From: Amphiscolops sp. MND2022
Taxonomy: Eukaryota
Reading direction: 5' to 3'
NCBI GenBank assembly: GCA_964187785.1
Contig: OZ076409.1
Span: 52,206,001-52,270,000 of the forward strand
Length of the DNA stretch: 64,000 bases
How positions within the stretch are numbered: position 1 is the first letter of the stretch; the number at the start of each line of letters is the position of its first letter. The notes under the pieces are model-generated. The model was not told the origin of the DNA and did no database searches. It saw nothing but the letters and a program-made list of their open reading frames with translations. Below, piece by piece: positions 41,040-53,658 of this stretch. A program made the position numbers and the translations under genes.

Positions 41040-44000
41040 ATACTACACAAAAAAGCAACCTAGCTAAACGCTGGTTGAATAAGATTTTATTTTACTTAGA
41101 CTCGCAAGACGTCTTCAAAGTCTTGACGTTAGACAATCTTGTCTTCTTTTGACTCCTGATGATGAAGCCAAAAGAGCACAATCAAGAGCTAATGAAGAGA
41201 AGAAGGTCACCTTCACTAATGTCTACAACAAACGGAAGGGACCAGGATTTGGATCACAACAAAATTATCAGCCTTCACCAAGACCAAACTTCATGAATAA
41301 TCAGAGGACTAACCAACAGTCTAACCCAAAACTTCAACAGAGGAAGACCTAACGAAGGAAATCATCGAGATGATAACTGGAACCGAAATAACTCTCAGCA
41401 GTCGAACAAATTCAATACCTTCAATAACAACAACAATCACTCTTCAGGTAGTAGGTCGACTCCTACTAATACTAATTTACGAAGCAATACCTCCTATACT
41501 GGAAATAGACCAAATAGCCCGTATAACTTTAGTGCACGACCACAAAACTCAAGTTCTGAGTACAACCGGAACTTCCCAACCAACAACAACAGTTTCCCAA
41601 ACTCCGTACAGCTCATCGACGAAGAAGGACAGGACAGAGTTAGTACAATCTCGTTCAATCCTTTAAACTGCTAAAGTCTCCGCGACCAGACAAAGAAATT
41701 AACCTCGAATCACGATTTCACCTAAATCTCTTCTTGTTCCCCACCGAAGACTCCAGAAAAGATAGTGGGTTAGAAATTGAATTCATGCTGGACACAGGAG
41801 CAGCCTGTTCGATCATCAATTACAGAGCTTTCGAGGAAATTGCACAAACCGGACATCCCATCACGGTAGTCACAAGTAAACAATTGACTAAAATCTATAC
41901 TGGTGAGGTCATACCGATGCTAGGATCAACAAAAATCGCCTTCAGCTTCGACTCGGATGGACTCCATCCCGTAGAACTAAAGTTTTGGATAACAAAAGCG
42001 AAAACACCAAACTTGCTGGGAATAGATTTCCGCCTTCACTGCACAAAAAAGAAACTTAGCTAAACGCTGGTTGAATACGACTTTATTTTACTTAGAATCG
42101 CAAGACTTCTTCAAAGTTTTGACGGTAGACAATCTTGTCTCCTTTTGACTTAGCCACTGCTAGTCACATAAGTTAAATTCTTAAAGCACTACACCGAACC
42201 TTATGTTCGAGCAGCCTTTGTCAAGCCTGTATAAACACAAAACGTAGCTAAACGCTGGTTAATAACACCTTTACCTTACTTAGACTCGCAAGACTACTTC
42301 AAAGTCTTGACGTTAGACAATTTTGTCTCTTTCCGACTTAGCCACTGCTAGTCACATAAGTTAAACTCTTAAAGCACTGCACCGAACCTTATATTCGAGC
42401 AGCCTTTGGCAAGCCTGTCCAAACACAAAACTAGCTAAACACTGGTTAATAAGACCATTACCTTACTGAGACTCGCAAGACTTCTTCAAAGTCTTGACGT
42501 TTGACAATCTTGTCTCTTTTCGACTTGGCCACTGCTAGTCATACACATAAGTTAAACTCTTAAATTACTGCACCGAACATTACGTTCGAGCAGCCTTCGG
42601 CAAGCCTGTCGAAACACAAAACCTAGCTAAACGCTGGTTGATAAGTCCTTTACCTTACCGAGACTCGCAAGACTTCTTCAAAGTCTTGACGTTAGACAAT
42701 CTTGTCTTCTTTTGACTCCTGATGATGAAGCCAAAAGAGCACAATCAAGAGCTAATGAAGAGAAGAAGGTCACCTTCACTAATGTCTACAACAAACGGAA
42801 GGGACCAGGATTTGGATCACAACAAAATTATCAGCCTTCACCAAGACCAAACTTCATGAATAATCAGAGGACTAACCAACAGTCTAACCCAAAACTTCAA
42901 CAGAGGAAGACCTAACGAAGGAAATCATCGAGATGATAACTGGAACCGAAATAACTCTCAGCAGTCGAACAAATTCAATACCTTCAATAACAACAACAAT
43001 CACTCTTCAGGTAGTAGGTCGACTCCTACTAATACTAATTTACGAAGCAATACCTCCTATACTGGAAATAGACCAAATAGCCCGTATAACTTTAGTGCAC
43101 GACCACAAAACTCAAGTTCTGAGTACAACCGGAACTTCCCAACCAACAACAACAGTTTCCCAAACTCCGTACAGCTCATCGACGAAGAAGGACAGGACAG
43201 AGTTAGTACAATCTCGTTCAATCCTTTAAACTGCTAAAGTCTCCGCGACCAGACAAAGAAATTAACCTCGAATCACGATTTCACCTAAATCTCTTCTTGT
43301 TCCCCACCGAAGACTCCAGAAAAGATAGTGGGTTAGAAATTGAATTCATGCTGGACACAGGAGCAGCCTGTTCGATCATCAATTACAGAGCTTTCGAGGA
43401 AATTGCACAAACCGGACATCCCATCACGGTAGTCACAAGTAAACAATTGACTAAAACCTATACTGGTGAGGTCATACCGATGCTAGGATCAACAAAAATC
43501 GCCTTCAGCTTCGACTCGGATGGACTCCATCCCGTAGAACTAAAGTTTTGGATAACAAAAGCGAAAACACCAAACTTGCTGGGAATAGATTTCCGCCTTC
43601 ACTGCACAAAAAAGAAACTTAGCTAAACGCTGGTTGAATACGACTTTATTTTACTTAGAATCGCAAGACTTCTTCAAAGTTTTGACGGTAGACAATCTTG
43701 TCTCCTTTTGACTTAGCCACTGCTAGTCACATAAGTTAAATTCTTAAAGCACTACACCGAACCTTATGTTCGAGCAGCCTTTGTCAAGCCTGTCCAAACA
43801 CAAAACGTAGCTAAACGCTGGTTAATAACACCTTTACCTTACTTAGACTCGCAAGACTTCTTCAAAGTCTTGACGTTAGACAATTTTGTCTCTTTCCGAC
43901 TTAGCCACTGCTAGTCACATAAGTTAAACTCTTAAAGCACTGCACCGAACCTTATATTCGAGCAGCCTTTGGCAAGCCTGTCCAAACACAAAACTAGCTA

Positions 44001-47000
44001 AACACTGGTTAATAAGACCATTACCTTACTGAGACTCGCAAGACTTCTTCAAAGTCTTGACGTTTGACAATCTTGTCTCTTTTCGACTTGGCCACTGCTA
44101 GTCATACACATAAGTTAAACTCTTAAATTACTGCACCGAACATTACGTTCGAGCAGCCTTCGGCAAGCCTGTCGAAACACAAAACCTAGCTAAACGCTGG
44201 TTGATAAGTCCTTTACCTTACCGAGACTCGCAAGACATCTTCAAAGTCATGACGTTAGACAATCTTGTCCTCGACTTAGCAATTGCTGGTCATATAAGTA
44301 AAAATTTAATATTGAAACTCTTCAGCTTCTTATGAGCTAGAACTTCTGACAAATCTGTCACACCGTTGTCAAAAGACTTAGCAAAGAGAGACATTAAAAA
44401 GGTCGGAACAGACCAAAAAAATTTAATACGCGTTGTCCTAACAATGTGTTGAACGTATAAGGACTCAAAAATTTCTGTTTTTAGAGTATAAAAATAACTT
44501 ACCTGATTATCGCTACTTTAACCCATTGATGTATTTATATGGTGAATGTTAAAAAAGTCTGATATTTTTGATTGGATATTTATATCAATTTGGATGATCA
44601 TATTATTCTGTTTGTATTATATTCTTGCGTAATGTGTAAGAACGAACATTGTTGAAAATAATACTCAAACTAATTCAAATTCTTTTAATAAAATTAAATT
44701 CTTCTCTCGAAAGAAAGCTTTCCTTTTCCGACCGTCGTTGTGACACTAGAGACGAATACAGATATAGAACAACTGCAGAAAACAGGATGGCCAGATGAAG
44801 AAAATGCTGATAATGCAGCCAAAGCTGCACTGAACGCCCAAAGGAGACAAAAGTACATTGAATTTGCCGTCAGAGAACTAACGCCAAACAAACTCGAATT
44901 ACGGCTCACCAATACTTAATTGAACACCCCAACGCAACTTGGGAACAATTCCAGGAACACGTAACTAACAAATACCTTGTTTTTACTATCAGCGCACAGC
45001 TAGCCCGGAATTTCTCACAAAACCAAAAGACATTGATAAATGAACTACGAGAAGACATAAATGCAATGAAGAATATGCTAAAGAAACAACAAGTCAGTTC
45101 TTTAGCTGTAACTAATCCTTTACCCTATGGATGCTCATCCTCCCACTGTCATGACTATCACATCTCTGCAGTAGACGTAAATAAAACGTCCCGCCAAAAT
45201 ATCACACGATTTTGTAAATATTGCCAAAGGAATGGTCATACACTCCAATATTTCCGCGAAAAGATCTATGATGACGAAGCCAAAAGAGCACAATCAAGAG
45301 CTAATGAAGAGAAGAAGGTCACCTTCACTAATGACTACAACAAACGGAAGGGACCAGGATTTGGATCACAACAAAATTATCAGCCTTCACCAAGACCGAA
45401 CTTCATGAATAATCAGAGGACTAACCAACAGTCTAACCCAAAACTTCAACAGAGGAAGACCTAACGAAGGAAATCATCGAGATGATAACTGGAACCGAAA
45501 TAACTCTCAGCAGTCGGACAAATTCAATAACTTCAATAACAACGACAATCACTCTTCAGGTAGTAGGTCGACTCCTACTAATACTAATTTACGAAGCAAT
45601 ACCTCCTATACTGGAAATAGACCAAATAGCCCGTATAACTTCAGTGCACGACCACAAAACTCAAATTCTGTGTACAACCGGAACTTTCCAACCAACAACA
45701 ACAGTTTCCCAAACTCCGTACAGCTCATCCACGAAGAAGGACAGGACAGAGTTAGTACAATCTCGTTCAACCTTTTAAACTGCTAAAGTTTCCGCAACCA
45801 GACGAAGAAATTAACCTCGAGTCACGATTTCACCTAAATCTCTTCTTTTTCCCCGCCGGAGACTCCAAAAAAGATAGTGGGTTAGAAATTGAATTCATGC
45901 TGGACACAGGAGCAGCCTGTTCGATCATCAATTACAGAGCTTTCGAGGAAATTGCACAAATCGGACATCCCATCACGGTAGTCACAAGTAAACAATTGAC
46001 TAAAACCTATACTGGTGAGGTCATACCGATGCTAGGATCAACAAAAGTCGCCTTCAGCTTTGACTCGGATGGACTCCATCCCGTAAAACTAAAATTTTGG
46101 ATAACCGAAGCGAAAACACCAAACTTGCTGGGAATAGATTTCCGCCTTCACAAATACAGCACAAAAAAGAAACCTAGCTAAACGCTGGTTGAATAAGACT
46201 TTATTTTACTTAGAATCGCAAGACTTCTTCAAAGTCTTGACGGTAGACAATCTTGTCTCCTTTTGACTTAGCCACTGCTAGTCACATAAGTTAAACTCTT
46301 AAAGCACTGCACCGAGCCTTATGTTCGAGCAGCCTTTGTCAAGCCTGTCCAAACACAAAACGTAGCTAAACGCTGGTTAATAACACCTTTACCTTACTTA
46401 GACTCGCAAGACTTCTTCAAAGTCTTGACGTTAGACAATTTTGTCTCTTTCCGACTTAGCCACTGCTAGTCACATAAGTTAAACTCTTGAAGTACTGTGC
46501 CGAACCTTATGTTCGAGCAGCCTTTGGCAAGCCTGTCCGAACAAAAAACCTAGCTAAACGCTGGTTAATAAGACCTTTACTTTACTTAGACTTGCAAGAC
46601 TCTCTCGAAGTCTTGACGTTAGACAATCTTGTCCTCGACTTAGCAATTGCTGGTCATATAAGTTAAAATTTAATATTTAAACGCTTCAGCTTCTTATAAG
46701 CTAAAACTTCTGACAAATCTGTCACACCGTTGTAAAAAGCCTTAGCAAATCTCACTATTTTGTTGATAAAACTAAGAGACATTAAAAGGTCCGAACAAAC
46801 CAAAAATTTAATACGCGTTGTCCTAACAATTTGTTGAACGTATAAGGACTCAAAAATTTCTGTTTTTAGAGTATAAAAACAACTTACCTGATTATCGCTA
46901 CTTTAACCCATTGATGTATTTATATGGTGAATGTTAAAAAGTCTGATATTATTGATTGGATATTTATATCAATTTGGATGATCATATTATTCTCTTTGTA

Positions 47001-47100
47001 TTATATTCTTGCGTAATGTGTAAGAACGAACATTGTTGAATTTAATACTCAAACTAATTCAAATTCTTTTCCTAAAATTAAATTCTTCTCTCGAAACAAA
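41040..47100 (+). repeat. Higher-order tandem array: ~188-bp repeats interleaved with Gypsy gag-pro fragments
   Basis: 1563-bp period between ORF copies 41149/42712, 41370/42933 and 41734/43297; third copy at 45270-46150; block 44270-44715 repeated at 46635-47095. Confidence 0.9.
44717..46150 (+). pseudogene. Gypsy gag 3' part plus protease fragment (third family); shorter copies at 41157-42040 and 42720-43603
   Basis: Knuckle FCKYCQRNGH, N/Q-rich gag tail, TTTAAAC slippery site before the stop, protease EFMLDTGAACSII..NLLGIDF. Confidence 0.8.
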
Positions 47101-47426
47101 GTCCTTCCTGCGAAATCGGAAGACACAGAGACAACTTTTGTAATGTTTAGGAAGGCATAGTCGCAAGCTAACTCCTAAACACAACTGATTGAGAATCACC
47201 GAAAGCTAATTTTCCTGAACCCAATCGAACTTTTACACATGATATTGACCATGCATGAACTCGTTACTATTTTTTAACTTCTAATAATTACTTATCAATT
47301 ACCTAATTTTCTCTAATTATCTAATGAATTATTTGGAATAAATTTTATTATACTGACTTTAATTTTCTGATATGAGTTTTGATTGATATGAGTTGTCGCT
47401 TGATATGAGTTGTCGCTTGATATGAG

Positions 47427-48454
47427 TGTCGGAATGTGCATCAAGTTCATTTGATGTGGTAATGTTAGGGGCGTTCCCTTCTCTGTCATTAGAGGATGAC
47501 TTTTCATTAGACGATATTTTCTCGGTTAGAGCTAGAACTAGATTCGTCAGTTCACTTATTTGTCTGTTCATTTCCGTAAATCTCTGATTTACGGCTTGAC
47601 GTTCTGACTCGCCACTGAAATCCAACAGATTTCCATTGTCGAACTCGTTTATCTGTTCTCTCGTGAGAACTTCAGGGACACTACTTTCACTTTCGGTATC
47701 GCTATGTCGGTCAGGTCGGCACATGTGCGTTCGCTGGTTTTCTGCCACTTGAGATCTGGTATTGACCATTTCGAAGAGATATTGGGTTTTTGAGGTTTTA
47801 TTGAGTAATTGAGAGAATGGTTAAGCATTCTAGTGATGGAATTATATCAAACTGAGAGGTACGTATTTAGCAAACTGTTCGTCAAACTATCGCAAAATCT
47901 ACTGATGGTACAATTTCACTTGGTAGCAATTATGGCGACGTTGGTCACGTGACCACATCAACCAATCACATCGCTATTTTCGTTCGCACCTTTGTTAGTA
48001 ATCGCGCAATATTGTCGCAGCACCAAAATGAAATGTAGTTACGTTGCTATGGTTGCATGACTCAATTTGTATAATGATGTGGTTGCACTACTAGCATCAT
48101 ATATGTGAATGGTTAATGTATATAATTGTTTACAGGACTGACTGCACTGAAACGAAATCTGATGATGGCGTATCAGCCACATTACTTTCACTTCTAATTA
48201 AAATTCACGAAATTAATTTAAATGACATACGTAACTAATGTGTGAAATATGGGGGATAATAGTAAAGTTATTTAGGGACTGAATAGAAATGATTCTTTTT
48301 AGCAGATTCTAGTTCGAGTTTTATGATGTGGTTGACTTCACCACATTCTTTCCTTTCATCATCATCCTTTTACTGTTTGCATTTGTTTTGAGCTCAGGTA
48401 TGCAGGATGGTTGACCACATTCTTGTTTGATATTTTCATGCGTCAGGCATGACA
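47427..48454 (-). repeat. 3' LTR of element 4
   Basis: Direct repeat of 61331-62358; preceded on the minus strand by purine-rich AAAAAAAAAGACCCGGAG. Confidence 0.97.
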
Positions 48455-48472
48455 CTCCGGGTCTTTTTTTTT
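48455..48472 (-). promoter_or_regulatory. Polypurine tract (imperfect)
   Basis: Minus strand AAAAAAAAAGACCCGGAG abuts the TG of the 3' LTR. Confidence 0.6.
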
Positions 48473-49395
48473 GAAAGAGAACGTGTGGTTGGAATGGTGA
48501 ATTGTCTCGTTCGGTTGGTTGGAAGATCGGATGCGGCATGCTAGTTAGCAAAGTTGGAATTGCTGTATTCGTTAATTGGATTGAGTGCTCGTGTTGTTAT
48601 AGCGACCACATTAGTAGTGGCGAGTTGACTTTGTGGTTGGAAATAGACAGTGATGTTGTTATAGCAACCACATTGACAGCGGCGGATTGATTTCGTCAAT
48701 GTCGCAGGAAATTGTCGGTTTGATTACCGCTAGCTGCTAGTTCGTCTCGGTTCGGCAATCGAGAGGAAGAAAACTGAAAGTCGCGTGTTGACTGATCCAC
48801 TTCGGTAGAGAGTAAATGTAGAGTCGATGTGGCGAGAGTAGCCACGTCATCCAAGCGTGCGCGTTGTTTGCAGAGAGAGAGTTAGCGTAAGAATGAATTT
48901 GCCGGAAATCAATAACGTGGCAGCGTAATATAATTACTCGGCTTATTCGGGAACTGTTCGGAAGTAAGATGCAGTGGAAATGTCGTGCGCTTCGTAAACA
49001 AATCTTCGTCGATGCCAAAACCGAGAAACAAATCTTTCTCCATTATATTCATTGGTGCGATTCTTCAGCAGTTCAGTTCGGCCGCGGCTTACTGAGTGAA
49101 TGTATCAACTAAGCAAGTAGGCTATAGATAGGATAAGCCAGGGAGTCGTGTTGTGATTTTGACAAATTTTTCGGGTAGGTGTTGACCGTTTTAGAGGAAA
49201 TATTAGTAGACGGGTGACGGGAATTCGCTTGTCCCTTTGAAATTTTCGGGTAGTAACTTTGCATAGAGAATGTGGGTGATCAGGCCACATGATCCTTAGA
49301 AGTTAATTTGAATCTCAGTAAATCGCAAACGACTGTATGCTTCCAGATTGTTAGCCTTGATTTTATTCTTTTCAGACTTGCTTGTTATTGCCGTT

Positions 49396-52300
49396 ATGAG
49401 TTCAACGCCTCAAGTGGAGACGTCTCAGGCTGCGACTGATGTGGCTTCTGTTGTGTTAGCTGCGGAGGGAGTGTTCACTGAGTTGGCACAGTTAAGTTTT
49501 TCTTCGGTGGGCAGTGAATTAACAGCTGCTGTGGAGGAGACTCTGTCAGGAGAGCGTCTAGGAATTTGTTGCCGTTTCGCTGGGAAAGTGACTGCTGCCA
49601 ATAAAGAAGTAGCCAACACGTTATTAGAGATCGCTCTATCGAGTGAATTCCGTGAGTACCCTCAATTTCCAATATTTCGTTGTTCTTTTTCTTTTCGAAG
49701 TAGTAACCAGGGGAGGTTATCTTCCTTCAGAGCATCCTGAATTATGATATGCTAGTATGTGGTTTGCACGGTACTGGCATTGTGGCATGTACTTCCCGGG
49801 ATCAAATGCTCTGGGTAACTGATGTGGTAGCTAATTAGGCATTATTGTGCTTTTAGAAGAATTGTCACTCGTAGAGATTGTGAGTTTGCTCCGGAGACTG
49901 TTAGCTTCGAAACGGAGTATTGCTGCCAGTGGTGCTACTGAACTAACTGCTGTGGAGGATCGGCTCAGTTCTGTCCTCGGTGATGAGCGAGGTACGTAGT
50001 TGATTGTTATCCATTAGGTTGAATATACTTCCAGTCGTAGTTCACTGTTAGGATTGGCGGTATCTTGCATGTAGAATGGTGCACAGCATATGGTCAAAAT
50101 TAAGTTGTGTTGTAGGGACTGTTACAGGCTTGCCTGTAACCATTGCTGAGTTGGAGTCATCCTTTCAGCGGATGACGAAAGAATTGGCAGAGACTGTCAA
50201 AGCGATTATCGATTCCAAAATGGGCGGGCTGGGATCAGTCTGTGCGTTGTCCGTCGAGGAGTTCATCGGAAAGTTGAAAACAGCAATGGAGCACTTGGCT
50301 GCGTCTTCTGTGCCTGGTGGATCTGTCGAGCAAGCTGTGACAAGTGTGCCGTCAGTGCGGTTGGAAGCACCCGGGAGTCCTTTGGATGCCAGTAGTTCAC
50401 GATCTGTCAGCTTGAGTCAAGTGTCCGATGTTCCGACTGCTTTCGCTGGTGTCCGTTCAGTGGCTTCGAAAGAGGGGGGTATCTCCACATCCGCTACTGC
50501 TAAACCTGGTAAGAAATCTCAGAAGATCATGGGAGGGGTTTTAGTATTAGCACTTAGGTTAAGGATTACGATTTACGACACAAGTTTTTTTTTGGAGTTT
50601 GCTGTTTTCTATTGTAGGTCGCAATAAGAAGGTGAAGACGTTGAAGCCGGCCTATTTCGTTTCTGGTGTGGTGGGGACCTTTGTTGGTTTCCCACGACAT
50701 AAGCGCGTAGTCGACGGTTATGCCAGGTGCCTGTTGTGCAAAGTCGATCTCAGCATTGCCGGACGTGGTTTGTCTTCCTTGTGGGAGCATTGGCGGGGTG
50801 TAGAACATACCCGTGTGGAGCAGAAGTTTCGCATCATGATGCAGATGCCGTTACTTGATAAGGCCTGTCGGCGAGTGTCAGCAGAAGAAGACAGACGGAT
50901 TCGGCGAGCACGGATGTCTGAAGCGCCTGTGTTTTTGGAGTCAGAGCTGAGTCTCAGTGTTGATGAGAGGGTTGCCATTGAAGAGGCTGAAGCGGTTGCT
51001 GGAGGAAAACCTGTTTTGGGCGAGGAGAGCGTTTCAGTCTTGTGGTTGAGCCAATTTGTGAGCAGTTTCTGTAGTACTACAACATTCAGAGATGTGATGC
51101 AAATGGTGGAGTCGTGGCGGGACACCATGAATACGGAACTGCGAGTTGAGTGCCGCACCTTAACCTACACACGATGTCAGGTTTGTATCTACATAAGTTC
51201 ATGTCGATTTCTGTTTGTGTGTGATGAGGTCATCTAAGGGTTGTGGCTGTATGTTTGGGTGTGCAACTATGCGGCTATAGTTGAAATTGTGCAGAAAGAG
51301 GATGATTTTTTTATGTTTACAGAGTTTGGTTCACTATGGATTGTATCGGTTCGTCGTGGAGCAGTTAGATGAACTGATAGCTCGTGGTAAAGGCGCGAGT
51401 GTCAGTATCCGACGACATGAAGCAGATTGGTTGTGTGAGTGTCATGTGGTGTGCGACTACGCTGTGAAAACAATCGTTCTTGGTGTGGTGGTCGGCGGGA
51501 CCGGCTGGGAGAAGCGAATGCTCGATACTGTTGTTCCGGTGTTGTTGAGTCTGCCACATGCCTCTTCTATGAGAGCGTACAGCACGGAGTCAGATACCCG
51601 CATTGGATACGCGCTAGCAGCTTCAGTCGGGATCGTTGACCCTTTGGTTGTGGGTCGATTGACGCAAGTGTGGTTGTTTGACCTTGTTAGGAAGCACTTT
51701 CTTGCTGAGTTCGTGGGTCTGGATCCCCTCAGCGTTCTGGACTATTTGCGTGTTCGACTAGCCTCCGTGGTGCAGGAGAGAGTTCTGGATCGTTTGCCTC
51801 GTTTGAAACAAGTGAGTATTTTGAACTATACATGTATAGTATGTGGTATATCAAAGGACATTTGATCCAATTTTTTTTGGAGAGGAGTTGTTACTTTGCG
51901 GGGTCTACTTATTTTTCTTGCGTGGATGTTTCTTTTGTTGTTATAGTTTATACTAGTCGGAGGAAGTGATGTGGTTTCGTTGGCTGCTTTGTGTGCAGAA
52001 GTTGTCGAATACTGGAACGACCTTGCAGTCTATTTTGGAACTCATCGCCCCCATGTGACTTCTGAGTTGCGCCTGGTGACTCCGCTTGAGGGGCAGATAT
52101 TTGACGATGCCATGATGCGCCCTCGTTTTGCCGTTCTACGTTTCATTTTGGATTTGTGTTAGTATGGTTTTTTTGTAATTGAGTTCAGCTAGGATGTTGG
52201 TGGCTTTTGTCGACTTAAATCTTTATCCCCCCTTTTTTTTTCTAAATGGTACGTTCAAACTAATTATGAGCATGGGTTAACGTGTGTTGCGTTATGTTTA

Positions 52301-53658
52301 CAGTGGCCGAAACGTGTCCTCGATTGTGTAGGAGCAGCAGTGATAGTAACATGGTTGCTGAGCGTGAACTGTCACAATTCGTTCGGAGGCTGATGCGTTT
52401 AGTGTATCCTGAATCATTCATACCTGCTGAGTATGAAGTGGATTCTCTCCTGAAGCCAGTGGATCGCGATTTCTCTACAATAGACGAGAGTCTGTACCAA
52501 CTGCATTTTGGTCAGTCTTTCCGGTATGACGTTCGCACACAACTCCCGTTCTTCTACCGGTCAGTGCAGAAACTGTTGGGAGTGATATGCACAGAGCTTG
52601 TGGGGACGTGGCAATGTGGAGCTATTGACTACTTCAGTCTGACTCCTTTCGATCCACTGTTGGTGCATGGTGGGTCTGATGATCGCTGTATTGATGCTTT
52701 GGTCGGAACCTGTGCTACTCTTTCTCGTTATAATTTATTGAGCGACACCATAGCTGCGAATACCCTGAGACAATATCGGGAAGTGGCCCAATTTTTCAAA
52801 ACCAAGTGGACCTTGATTGAAGGCATGCCTGCAGTGGATGATGTAATCACGATGTGGTTCTCGTATCCTTTTTGGTCTCGATGTCAAGAGTTGTTGTCAG
52901 TGCTGAACCTATTGTTTGGACTTGCAGTTGTCGGAACTTACAACCCTAACTTCAGTGATGAGTTTGGTACTGCTATGTCTGTTGATACTCAGCGTTCTAG
53001 TCTGCATCTTGTCAGGAGTTGGTTTTCGAAGATGTTTGCGGGTCATACCCGTCAATCGCTCACTGGGTTACTACGTGTTTGTTCTACTAGTGATATGCAA
53101 GTGTCCCGATTAACAGATGAGGCGCGGTGCAGGCCTTGGGATCGGTTAATCAAATCAAGTCTGAGTGAAGCTCTCTCTTTGGGAAATGCTGTATTGTCCA
53201 ATGATCTAACTACTACCTCAACTGTGCCTATTGATGATTATCGATCGAATGTCTTGGCTCAATTGGATCTTGTGGAGGTATTGAGTCCCCCACGAGCTGG
53301 ACGGCGAAGCAGTCCCATTGGTGTCAGTAGTGCTGAGTCAAAAAAGAGTGCACGGAGGCAGATTGATGTGACCTTGGGCATTTGTGCGCCGTTTTCCGTT
53401 CAGACAGCCCCCAAGAAGAAGAGATCCGCCGTTAAGAATCCTAGAGGTGCGAGACGTTGTATGCCTTCAACTAGTCGTGGTGGTGTCCTTACGAGACAGT
53501 CAGTTGGGCGTAGAACAGGAGGGATTCCCCGAGGAACGAAACACTTGCAGTTAGCTAATGTTGTTGGCTCCGATGACGATTCAGCTAGTGAAGTAGTTGT
53601 GAGCGGGAGGAAACGACTGAGCCGTATTCACTTGGATTCGTCTGGATCAGGCAATTAA
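49396..53658 (+). CDS. 7-exon, 1133-aa gene antisense to gag-pol; BED-type zinc finger plus hAT-transposase-like body, apparently catalytically dead. Exons 49396-49651, 49857-49991, 50116-50508, 50618-51180, 51323-51811, 51947-52157, 52304-53658
   Basis: All six introns are GT-AG with pyrimidine-rich acceptors and matching phases (1,1,1,0,0,1); spliced CDS is 3402 nt with no internal stop. Finger motif ARCLLCKVDLSIAGRGLSSLWEHWRGVEH. The hAT assignment is by eye. Confidence 0.85.

Noticed and set aside
41040..46640. CRISPR array or hammerhead/retrozyme
   Set aside because: Units are ~188 bp without unique spacers, the context is eukaryotic and no cas genes are present. The CTGATGA at 41156 is a junction product lacking a properly placed GAAA core.
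47313..47769. 136-aa ORF as an independent gene
   Set aside because: It is the 3' LTR copy of the gag N-terminus reading into the flanking 17-bp repeats.
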